Part shown: one piece after another, positions 39,801 to 51,611 of the stretch
Position numbering within the stretch: position 1 is the stretch's first letter
Layout: each line of letters opens with the position of its first letter
Assembly (NCBI GenBank): GCA_032718475.1
Contig: JAUCBJ010002610.1
Coordinates: 15,782 to 79,781 of the forward strand
Length of the DNA: 64,000 nucleotides
Direction: 5' to 3'
Origin: Nemertoderma westbladi
Lineage: Eukaryota > Animalia > Xenacoelomorpha
Notes under the pieces: model-generated
The model's database searches: none
The model's input: only the letters and a program-made list of their open reading frames with translations
What the model was told of the DNA's origin: nothing
Translations under genes and position numbers: made by a program

Positions 39801-40110
39801 TTACTGTAACGGCAGACCGGCTGACCGTACTGCAGTCTGGCAGTCCAGTCAGCCAGTAGGCCCTATACAGTAATACTGTAATAGGCCTACAGGTGCAGGT
39901 ATTCTGGTATTCGGCAGTTCGGTATACAGGCTGACAGGCAGTGAGGCAGGCAGGTCAGCAGGCAGGCAGGTATAGGTATATTATCAGATTATAGGAGTAT
40001 ACTGGTATAGGATAGGATAGGGCTGTAGCCGCTGTAGGGCGACCAGCCGACAGATCAGCAACTGCAGATAAACAAATACAGAAATACCGTACTGGAACTT
40101 CAGAACTTAC

Positions 40111-40144
40111 CTGCACCGTCACCGGCGCCTTTATTTGAAGCCAT
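40111..40144 (-). CDS. GGT7: GGT7-like gene, probable first coding exon
   Basis: GCAATGG Kozak context; ATG GCT TCA AAT AAA GGC GCC GGT GAC GGT GCA G|GTAAGT; the phase-1 donor matches the 2-nt CG start of exon 2 (MASNKGAGDGA-A-DTLPL...). Confidence 0.7.
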
Positions 40145-40359
40145 TGCAAATGTGTTCAGGCACCCGACAGCCCGACCGGGTATCAGCAAGTTAAGACACA
40201 ATCACTGAATTATGTTGATTTTAGTACATAGTCCTGTCAGCCTGTTGTCAGATAGTACCGGTACTGTGATACAGTACTACAGTAGTACTGTAGTAGGCCT
40301 AACGCTGTACCGTACTGCCGTATGCTATGCTGGACTGGTAGCCTATCCTATATACTGAT

Positions 40360-41130
40360 ACTATTCGACTGGGCGACCGACAACAGACTGAGTTTGAACT
40401 TTGACAAGAATAAATCAATTTTATTTGGGACACATCAATGTCTAGTCGACAACTGTGAATTGAAAGTATTTTGTAATGGGATCCACATAGAACAGCAAAA
40501 ATCTATTAAATACTTGGGTTGTTATTTAGACGCTGACTTTTCTGGAGATACCATGGCATCGCATGTCATTACAAAGGGGAACAAGACACTATGAAATTTA
40601 TTTACAGACATGGGGCAGATTTAGACGGTTATACACGTCGTCTTCTATGTAACGCTCTCATACAACCCCACTTGGGTTTCGTTTCCTCCTGTTGGTATCC
40701 AAGTGCTTCTAAACGGCTACAGCTGCAACTGCAAGCACTGCAAAGAAAATGTATTCGTTTTTGTCTAGGTCTCGGAAGTAGAACGCACATTGGCCAAGAG
40801 CATTATAATGAAATCTCATGGCTTCCGATAGAATCTCGCATCGATCATCAGCTAACAGCCAATCATGTATCGTATAACACAGTCGCTACCTTCCTCGTAT
40901 CTCTCATCATTATTGGTCCAGTTCAACTCTGTATCGGTTAATCTCTGACATGGATGTACTCGCGATGTGCCTTGCGACGAACTATAACGAAGTGAATGCT
41001 TCTCGTTTCTAGGGCCGTTGATATGGAACTCGCTACCATTGGATGTAAGAAACTCTGTCTCCCTGGAAACGTTCAAACACAAAGTCAAGAATTACTTTAC
41101 TCGACAAACTGGCAATGAAGGATAACTCGA
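40360..41130 (+). mobile_element. 3' fragment of an L2/CR1-group (Crack/Daphne-like) LINE, degenerate
   Basis: WATDNRLSLNFDKNKSILFG, IKYLGCYLD, LLCNALIQPHL..SSCWY, LQALQRKCIRF, F.FLGPLIWNSLP..V...SLETFKHKVK across frameshifts; followed by AT-rich degenerate repeats to ~41740. Confidence 0.8.
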
Positions 41131-43029
41131 TTTTGAATTAATAAATTTGCAAGTTATGGTTTCCAACTTTTAATTATTTTTTGCGTTAAATTTCAGTTGT
41201 AATTATTTGCACTATTTGCTGCTTTATTTTATTTATTTTTTAAATTACATACTGTCTACCATATTTTAATCCGTAATGTTTTATTACGTCATAACTATTT
41301 TTTTTATTTTCTTTTTACCTATGTTTTACATATTTCTATTTTACGACCTATTTGCTGCTTTATTTTCAAATTACGGTCTACCATACTTTATTCCTTGTGT
41401 GTGTATCTCTGTACTTAATAACTATTGCTATATTTATTGCCTATGTTTTACATATCTCGATTTTATGACATATTTGCTGCTTTATTTTTAAATTCTTTCT
41501 GTTATATTTTTAAATTTCTAACTGAACTACGGTCTACCATATTTTATTTATTTGTTCTGTTATATTTCTATCTGCACCGGAACTTCATTTTTTATTTATT
41601 TTTTAATTACATACTATGTCTTCCATATTTTATTTCTTTGTGTCAGTCGGTACATCATAACTATTGCTATTGCTATATCTATAACTTAATTTTCTATTGT
41701 TTTCCATATTTCGTGTTGCTGTTATATATTTTTAATTACGTACAGTAGGTACTTGGTAATTGCCAAGTTATAGACTGGGATCTCTCTCGCAAATAACATT
41801 TTACCCAGCTGATGCTCCTTTCACAGAATACAACACAAACTCTTTCCCTGGATTCAATGAAATTGAATGTCTATTACAGTAAGTTCCTGGGAAATCTGGC
41901 TTCCTGAATGACTTTTTTGTTATACAGTAGTGTACATGTGCAGTTTTGCGCTTGAAAAATTGCCTTTTTAATAATTTATTGTGAACATATTATTCTATTG
42001 TTAGTTGGCTCCCAGACACGCGTAAGAGCGCCTGGCTTGCTAGTGCTGAAACAATTGGAACATTGACTACTAGGGTCTAGGGATAAATTCCTTTTTACAC
42101 AGAGTTCAAGTGTTAACTGTAGGTTTGCTTAGGAAAATAGTCTATTTGCTATTCGTGTGCAGCCAACTGTACTAGCGCCCCGACGAGTATCCCTTACAGC
42201 ATGAAGTAAACGAATGCCTGCCGGCCGACCTCATGGTACTTGATATGTCTTAACGCGCTAAAAAGCGCCGCAGAAACCTGTCGATAAACATAAATGCAAA
42301 TCGAACAAATACTAAACATCATTTGATAAATTAAGAGTTTATTTCATTGGAATATTTATGTTTACAAATTGTGAAATGCTTTTAAATATGAACATCAAAT
42401 GAATAAATTTCAATAGTAAATACTATCAATAAAGCTACTCTATTACAGTATTACAATCTTTTCCATCAGAAAAATCATGGAGAATGCTCTGTAAAACGAT
42501 TCATTATACAACGTTATTTTCACTCTGAACTGAATATACAGTATCTACTGTATATTGTTATTCGTATATATGTTTACTGTCACCTCACAATGAACCGTTT
42601 AATAGGCAGATAATCCTTACATGATTTCACCCATTTTTCCATTCCTTATAGAGTTTGTAACACTTTCTACCTACCAACTGAGTATAAACTCCTTACACTA
42701 GTTCGACCCCCTCTCTCCATTCCTTACATGATTTCAACGACCAATCAAAATATAGCACATTAACCAATCCCAGGCACCAATTCATGATGTGTTCCTACTA
42801 GTAGTGTAAGGATTGGGAATACGCCACCGGGTGATGGCAGAGTGAGTTATGTACTTTAAAACAACTTTCTGACTTTTGCATTGGCAGCTTGGCATCGATG
42901 TCATAGAAGTCCACAGTCAAAATACCAGTACTCAAAAATATTATTAGTATTCTCCATTCCTCGCTCCTCAGCGGTTAGTACATTTTGCCCGTAGCGCTAA
43001 TGCAGTGCGTTACCAAAAGTCGAGGTTGT

Positions 43030-43202
43030 CATTAATTTTTGTGATCCCTTACAATTGTTTGTGGCCCTCATTAATGTTTGTGATCCCTTATTATTGTATG
43101 TGGCCCTCATTAATGTTTGTGATCCCTTATTAATGTTTGTGTCCCTTATTAATGTTTGTGATCCCTTATAATTGTTTGTGGCCCTCATTAATGTTTGTGA
43201 TT
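43030..43202. repeat. Short minisatellite (~39-bp unit, ~4.5 copies)
   Basis: CATTAATGTTTGTGATCCCTTATAATTGTTTGTGGCCCT variants. Confidence 0.85.
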
Positions 43203-43743
43203 GTTCGCGCTTTCAGACCTTCAGCAGTTTAACCTGCCAAATTTAGATGTCTTTAGATTATAAATAGACTTTAGCATATGACGAGTATTTGATGCACTAC
43301 ATTAGCCGAAGCCAGTCTATGCGCGACCATTCACCCGCTGGATATACCCGGGAGACTGGATTCGGAAGCTTTGACCTTATTGCGGTGTAGGCCTACTGTA
43401 TTATTCGACTGATCGTTAATATATAATTTCTGACAAATATTATTCACTTTCGGGAAATATCAACAGTTCCTTTTGGACGTGGCGCTCTAAATATGTAAAC
43501 AGAGTTATGACTTACACTAGACACAACGGGATGGCTATGGATTCACGTATAAAGCGCATTCTTTAGGAGATGCTTTGTTATCAGTCACAATCATGCACAC
43601 TACCGCACAATGCTGCACACCGATCTGCCGACCTTCACTAATTTTAGTCACATATAAAGAGAACAACAACCGACACATGTAGTGCCTATGAAATAGCATT
43701 AGATTCACTCCAAAACCACTTTAATGAAGTCGCAATTGCTATA

Positions 43744-44413
43744 TGTAACCGGTCTCTTACCTTCAGTATATCAAGAAGATTGGGGGTTTTATGATTATTT
43801 ATCGATATTATCCAAATATAATAATATTCCATCAACTGATATAATTAATAACCGACAGTGAATAGCAGTAAAAATGCGGTGTTTGTAGTTGACAATATGA
43901 TTTGCATTGATATGCAGTGTGTTGATTTGACATGCAGTGTGGTTTGATTTGATTTGATAACGGTTATACGTTTCTATGACCAAAGCCTACTAATGTTTTG
44001 CTAAAGTCTGAAACTTCCACAGAAGTACAGAAGAATCCTAAGCCGGTGTTCAGGGCTTAGAAAGATACACACACACTGACTGACTTGCATGAGTTTCTGT
44101 ATACAATCTCCAACACAGAGTGAAAACCGCTCTGATTGGTCGACCGAACAAAGAACGAACAAAGAACAAAGAAAAAGTTACACGTGGACACAGCTGATAG
44201 ATGTCGTCATCGGAGTTCCGATGTTTAGAGTATTTGGCTTATTGCGACATAAAATCGCTAGTTATGTCCGCTAAAGTACACATACAGAAGAAATGGCTTT
44301 TTATGTCCACTAAAACACCGGTACAGTAAGGAAACGGCTTTTTATGTCCGTTAAAACAACTACAGAGTACTTTGCGGGGAAAATAACCAGCTAATTCCGC
44401 AAAAGCCTTTACA
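43744..44413 (-). mobile_element. Putative 3' LTR of the BEL/Pao element
   Basis: On the - strand a purine-rich GGGAGCGG (PPT-like) directly precedes TGTAAAGG at 44413; candidate end GGTTACA at 43744 gives TGTAA...TTACA termini; CCAATCAG box inside. The 5' LTR is outside the window, so the distal boundary is unverified. Confidence 0.55.
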
Positions 44414-44699
44414 CCGCTCCCAGAAAATGGGATTTAATTCTATAAAATATAAAAAATCACAGTTTCTAAAATATAAAAATACTCTAAACAGTTAGTCCTT
44501 CTTACGCGGACGGCGTTTACGCAGTTTTTTGAGGCTTGCAAGAGTCCTTTTCTCTTTGGGGCGAGCCACTTTATTAGGAGGGCTATAACTCCTGGGTGAA
44601 GGGTGCAATACAATTGCATCAGAAGGTTTAGGATTACGATCGGTGTATCCGCCGGTCGAGGTACCTGGTTGATCGATATCAACTTCAGTGGAGCGAGGT

Positions 44700-47600
44700 C
44701 TAACGGCCTTTAGGGCGCGTCTTAGGACAGCAGCTCCTACTGGTCCCTGACGAGTCGTCTGGACAATAGCGGTAGGTGGACCGTGAGTGGTGAGGTTTAA
44801 TGGTTCTTTCCAGCTCGCGTTCTCGGGCTCGATATTCGTAGGGCCGTCGAGATACTTCCTGTAACTCAGGGTGCGAGTTAATAAATAAATCGCCATACTC
44901 AGGGTCTTGACGGATGAAATTGATCAAATGGTATGAATTAATATCGTTAGGATTGACGTTCCTGAGATATTTTCGAACAAATTTGGTGGAAATACACTCA
45001 CCAACACGCTTCATTAGTTCGTAACTCGGTGTGCGTATTTTTTGTTCAACAGATGTGAATAGATAAGGATGGAACGCGTAAACTCCCTCGTAGGCGCGTC
45101 CAGGGTAATAGCGATGGCGTGACTCACAATGCAAATCCGCGTTCGCTTCCCAAGCTCGGATGTAGCGCAGGGTAATCATCTCATCTACGCTTTCCAAATC
45201 GCGGTTAAAAGGGCAATTAAAACTGGCATGTCCTTTAAGTTGACAGTGGTGGCAGTGAGTCATAAATTGGGAGCAAACTGCAAAAATGTGCGAGTTATTG
45301 AGTCTGCAATACGCACAATAGATCTCCATCATCGGTTGTTCGTGGAAATAGGAGCAGGGTACGTCTGAGTCCATAGGGGTGAAATGATCTCTTAATGCGC
45401 ATAATCGGCAACGTTTTCGAGAAACATAGTTGGCGTGCCGATAATCGTATGCGGTGAGACATTGTGGACCTTGATACCATTCCAAGACGTAGTCGTTATC
45501 GCTGCTCCGGGGCGCTGTAGGCTGAATCTCCTCAGATTCTAAGCATATTGGTTCGTCTTCCAATTGCATCGCTGAGATAGGTGCGGCTGTCTCCGCAAGC
45601 GAACCCACTGTCTGAACTTCCACGACAGAATAACCCGTGGGTATTCGAGGTCTTTGTATAACAGATGAATGTAAGTTCTGTATACAAACGTCCTTGAAAA
45701 TGGCGAATCCCGCGCTGTCTAACTTCTCTGCAGCTGAGTCTCTTAGGCTGAGTTTGGTCAGAGCGCGGTCCTTGAACTGACTATCAACGTTACGGAACGG
45801 AGTCAGAAAGCGCCTAAAACATTCGAAGCGGATGAATTTATTGTGTTCATCTAGCTTGGCGAGTTTGGTTCCAAGTATTAAGGGATGGGCGCGTATGGTA
45901 CGACTGCACACATCGGCTAGCCAACCGGCAAGTGCGGCGTTTTCAAAGATCGTGTATATAGCTAAGGAGGGACGAAGTGGAACACTCATAAAGCTATACA
46001 CGGCGCCAGGTGCGGTCAATGGTCCGTCAAAGTATAATCGAGAATAATGATCTCCGTATACTTGTTGGTAGTTGATAGGATTTCCAACTTTGAAATTCCA
46101 TCCGTATTCTTGAAAGGCAAGATGTCCGATGGAGGTTCGTTGTACTTTAGTAATGCCGCTGGGTGTGGGGCGAGCCACGAAGTTGGCGGAGCCTTAGCGA
46201 ATTGACACTGTTAGGGGGTGGGTCAATTTATGCAAATAGTTGTCGTCGTCGTCGTCGTCGTCGTTGTCGTCGTCGTCGTTGTCGTCGTCGTCGTTGTCGT
46301 CGTCGTTACGATTTTGACATGCTAATAACTTTGTCGGATTTAAAGCTGCCAAGTTGAAAATTTGTAGGTATCAATATGAGCAAAAGTTGAGATTTTTGAG
46401 AGACTTTCAGACACCATCAGTGCAATGGTCTCCCGCTAGAGGGCCACATGTCTAAACATTAAATGGCCACCCATTTCTTTGCTTTTAATCCGTTTAAGCT
46501 GAAACTTGGGAAGTATGTACTAGACCATTAGCTGTAAATTTCAAAGGAGGCTAATCTGTCTGCAGTTCTCCAGTCTGCCGCTAGAGGGCGAAATGTCCCG
46601 AATGTGAAATTATTCTTCCATTTAGTTGTTTATGATCTGATTACGCTGAAACTTGTCATATATGTACTAGATGACATCCTGAGTCTTTGTGTGGATTGTA
46701 ATCGGTCCGAAGTTTTCCAGTCTCCCGCTAGAGGGCCACATGTCTAAACATTAAATGGCCACCCATTTCTTTGCTTTTAATCCGTTTAAGCTGAAACTTG
46801 GGAAGTATGTACTAGACCATTAGCTGTAAATTTCAAAGGAGGCTAATCTGTCTGCAGTTCTCCAGTCTGCCGCTAGAGGGCGAAATGTCCCGAATGTGAA
46901 ATTATTCTTCCATTTAGTTGTTTATGATCTGATTACGCTGAAACTTGTCATATATGTACTAGAAGACATCCTAAGTCTTTGTGTGGACAGTAATCGGTCC
47001 GGAGTTTTCGAGTCTGCCGCTAGAGGGCGAAATGTAGGAAAGTGATAACCTTTGCGAATTCCTTGATCTTAATCTATTTAAGCTGAATTTTGGAATATAC
47101 AGTACCGGTATGTACTAGACCACATGCCTCGTCTTTGTGAGGAAGGTGATCGATCCGTAGTTCTTTAATATGCCGCTAGAGGGCTAAATGTATGAAAGTG
47201 AAAACCTTCCAACATTTCGTTATTTATGATCCGTCAATCGGAAACTTGGTAGATATGTAATAGACCATAGGATGTGGCTTTGTAGGGAAACTAATCCTTC
47301 CTTCTTCAGTTACCCAGTCTCCCGCTAGAGGGTTAACGTTTTCCGGGAAAATCTTCTCCTATGTTTTTATAATCCTTTCGAGTTGATACTTAGCATTAAC
47401 TCATTTCACGTGCTGCGCGAAGGCCCCACTTCGTGTATTTGCATACATAGTGCGGAAGAAACCTCGGCCTTCTGCCCAGGGAGCAATCAGCTGAGTATCG
47501 ACGAAAGGGTATGGAATGTTTTCCATGTTCCGAAAGTCGTTTTGGAGATCGCCATAAACAGCTGAGCCGATTTTAAGGATTCTTTCGTTAAACAACACCT

Positions 47601-49983
47601 CGAGCACAGGCTGGGGTAACATCGATCCATCGATACCCATGGCCGGTTTGCGCTCGGTGTCGGTGACGTAACGCTGCGCGAGTTCGAATTGTCCATGTCG
47701 GAGTTTCTTTTGTGTCTCGGTAAGGGTCTCAAAAGAATAATCAATCACATCGGAACACGCTCGAGTAAATACGTGGGTAGAACCAGCTAGTCCTCGTATG
47801 TGTATCATTCTCGTACTTCCCAGTTCTCCAACCGGAACGCTACCTTCGTTATCGTAAGTGACAACTCCATACATCTCGATAACGTTAAGAGTCTCATTCC
47901 ACTCTTTAGTGGCGTTTTCTAGAGTCATTCCCACTGGATGCCACAAGGTAGCGCATTCGCTAGCATTAGGTAGATCTCTATACTTTAAATATTGCGTATT
48001 ATATGTCTCTACATCTCCATATCTTTCCACGTCGAGATTCCAGTGTACTAATCGAGTTTTGATGAATCCATCAAGATTATACGGAGGTATTGTCTCTTTC
48101 TCTATCCTGGAAACATTATAGGGTTTTCGAAATGAGTTTACTTTAACTAACTGATCAAGATGTTTCTGCAGTTGTTCGAGTTCGACAAGATCGAGAGGAT
48201 TTATTAGTGGTAGAAACCTCAGACTATGTGTAGGATCTTCCGGTTTTACCATGTAATATTGCGTTAGATTGACGTAATAAGGGTGATCTTTGATCCCATA
48301 AAACGAGTTCGGTAAAGGTCTAGCGCGTATGTTAACATCGTGTACCATACGACGGACAAGATCCGCTCTATTGTCCGGAGGTTCAACGAGTATACCATCG
48401 ACACGAGCAGCCTCGATTGGCGGACGTTGCAACATGGGAGCATCAGCGATAAGATCTCGAGATCTTAGGTTGATATCAACCGGTTGAGGCTGTGCCGTGG
48501 CGAAGAGTTTGTCTCCGAAATGGGGAACCATCGAAGGATGGATGATGGTTTTAGAATAGAGATCCGTCATAAGAATTTGAGCTTCTGGCTGGGCTAAAGC
48601 TGCTTCTTCTCTCTCATCCATTTCTATGTGTTTCTCCTCGAGCTGATTTTCCTCCGCTTGTTGTTGTAAACGCTCGTCTAGGAACTCTTGTAAAGAATAG
48701 GTGCGTCCACGTTCGATGTCTTCCTCGAGATCCTGGATTTCTCCATTGAACTGGGGTAAAGCTAATTCTTTCACCGCTTGGACTTGTTGCTGCAATTTGC
48801 GTTTCTCTAAACAATCGTAAGTTCCTTTTCCGATTTTCTGCCGAATAGCGTCTAAAGTGTTTCGTACAACGCTCTCTTCGACTTCAGTAACGGGTTGTAT
48901 CGGGTTTAAGCCTGGACGGTTGTACGGGTTAAACGGCGATATTAGATGACCGCGTCCTAATCCGGCTAGGTAGGGTTGGCGAATATCTAGTGAGCCCACT
49001 ACCGGAGTGCCACCGACTAACTGTTCGGGTAACACTAGATCTTTGAACAGTGAGTACAGTTCGGGAGGATCTGTGATACTATTAGGATCAAGAGTCTGAT
49101 GTCTCACTAGGGAGTGAGGAGGTCTGACCGAGTATTCTGGAACTCTGATCATAGGCTTATTTAAGGATCGTTTGAGTCGAGCGAGCGTAGGTGATACATC
49201 GAACAGGTTTCGCTCGAAACTCCCATAAGTATATCGTGTAAAACTGTGTTTAGCGCAACGTCTCCGCGGATGTTTATGTCTTTCCGTTTGCTGATTGGGT
49301 CTAGGGCATTCGTCGCAATAATACCAAAGACGCACGTCCCGCAGGGGAAACGCGGGTGATCGTTCTCCAGTTTTACAATATTCCTCCATCTGTTCGAAGC
49401 TATCTGGGACGACAGGTAGCGGTCGATCGGCGGTAAGATACATCATAGTGAAATAGAGTCGTTTGAGTTCTATCATAGGGTCATGATGTATACCTTGAGG
49501 ATATCGAGTTTCTAGATTTTGTTGACTGGCAATATTGAGATATGTTTCTCTCAGGAATTCCAGATAATCGTTGAAGTCGCTGCGTTTATCCGGCTCTTCA
49601 ACGTCTTCCCTTTCGAGTCTGTTTTGAATAGAATTCTCATGTTCTATTCTCGGTTTATCGTTCCAACTCCGCTGGGTATGATATTTAAATAAAACCATTT
49701 CCCTTTCGGTGTCTACATCGTCCGTATCGTGTAAATCGATAGGATGGCCAGTAGTTAAGAAGTCCATATACGTACCATTACGATGCGTATAGCGAGCGGT
49801 GAATTTTCTATAGTCCAATTCACGCGTAAGTTGCTCCTGGGACATTGGCGGTTCGATATAACGACCATCGTCCTCCGTAGTAGTTGGACCAGCGTCGCCG
49901 CGTATCAAGCTATCGACAAACGCTTGTAAAGGTAGAGTATATCGCTCCCTGATACCAAGATCATCTTCTATCAACTCAGTCAT
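44700..49983 (-). pseudogene. Extra ORF of the BEL/Pao element: ~1342-aa protein with DEDDy 3'-5' exonuclease and CCHC knuckles, split by an insertion at 46185-47439
   Basis: Removing 46185-47439 joins ORF 47401-49983 to ORF 44700-46178 in frame (RTMYA|NFVARP). Motifs GVVTYDNEG (ExoI), LPQPVLEVLFNERILKIGSAVYGDL (ExoII), FVDTQLIA, SIGHLAFQEYG, PLRPSLAIYTIFEN (ExoIII-like); CAYCRLNNSHIFAVC and CHHCQLKGHASFNC. Confidence 0.75.
46185..47439. mobile_element. Non-autonomous Helentron/DINE-1-like (HINE) element with internal ~146-bp tandem repeats
   Basis: Inserted in a T run with net +2 T; sub-terminal IRs GCGGAGCCTTAGCG / CGCGAAGGCCCCAC (11/14); hairpin AATTGAC...GTCAATT; (GTC)n microsatellite 46240-46305; 7 repeats of 145-156 bp including a near-identical 292-bp dimer. 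Confidence 0.78.
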
Positions 49984-51611
49984 ATCTGCTACATGAGTTT
50001 ATCAATATTATAATGAGTTTATATTTAGGCTAGCGGGCGTCGCTGCCTACCCCTCTCTGCCCCCGGACAGTGCAAGATCCTCAGCGCCGATGTACCGTCG
50101 TCGCTGTGTTTTCGCCAACGTAGTAGCTACACAACGACAACGATAACCGGCACAAGTCACTCCACTGTCCGTCCCAAAGGCTTAGATTTACTTCAGGTTC
50201 TTGCTGCAGAGTTAGGGCTACTTTCACAATTGCGACTCGCTACTGTAAACACACTTTAGTAGTAACATTCACCTATAAACGCACAAATTCCACACAACTG
50301 TCACAAATTGTACACGTTCGGGCCATTTGTCCGTTAGTCAAGTGCCTTCCAGAATGCCACGTTATTATTATGTATCCTTGGATACTAGCAGTGTGCTATT
50401 TATTCCCTATACTATTCAATGGGGTAAGCTTTCTATTGTTCTTTTAACTCACTTCTAATTCTAGCGTGGTTGTTGCTATGGTGACATTATGGAAAGCTAG
50501 CGGTAGAATTAGGGTAATTCTCATGCATACAGATCTGGGATGCTATTTAATAGTAATTCTTTAATTGTCAATATCCCCTTTATACATGATTTTATGAATT
50601 TTATCGGCTATTGACTATATATTGGAGATTCTCGCACACTAATACTTAATAGGGTGAATCTCCGCTCCCATGATCTATTAATTAATGTAATTTTCGGAAT
50701 GTTATAAATTGTATAAAAATAACAATTTATCAATTCATTAAAATATGAATTTAAATTTATTCCCGTAAATTTTATTATTTAATATTATAATAGACATAAT
50801 TTTATTCCAGAACATGTCTGGGGACTGGGATCCTTGATTCTAGGAAATTGGTCTTTTTAAGAATATCGGTAAGTGCTACGATATCTTAATAGACTAGAAT
50901 TTTAAAGGATCTGAATTTGACAGACTTTATAAATATTAATAATTAATATTTAAGATGGGCACCGGTTTATTCCAGAACTTGTCTGGGGACGTTAACCACT
51001 GATTCTAGAATTTTGTCTTTCAAGTATATCGGTGGGTGCCGCGATATCTTAATCGACTAGAATTACAGATGGTCAAAGGTTTTAACAGATTTATTTTGCG
51101 TTATACGCTACTGTTAAAGGGACATCACGCTACTATATGTATTATTTAATATACGTTATGAGAGCAATATCGCACGAAGCAATGTCAGTGAGAAGAGGCA
51201 AGTCGTTTCCAAGGTCTACCCAGAGCTTGGTTTAGCCGAGACACGAGGATCTGAATTTTGCATTCCTAATACTCTACTTACCAATAATACTTGAATATAG
51301 TAGGAGCTTTATTGTACTTTAATAAGTACGGATATTTCATCTTACTGTAGTTACGTATTTGTAATGTAATACGGACAGTAAGGGAAGAGAAAAACAATTA
51401 TTTCTCGCCGTCGCACTAAATATATAATATATAAGTAATTAAGTAATAAACGCGAATATATATTGCACTAATCTACTAGATAATCGCTAAAATAACATTC
51501 TACTAAATAAAATTAAAGAAAACGATTATAATAAAATTACATAATAATACCTACATAAATATAAAATAATAAAAACAAATATAAAATATAGTCACACACC
51601 CACTCCAGACG

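Noticed and set aside
47401-49983. Extra ORF as an envelope glycoprotein
   Set aside because: No signal peptide, transmembrane segment or fusion-protein Cys pattern; exonuclease motifs are present instead.
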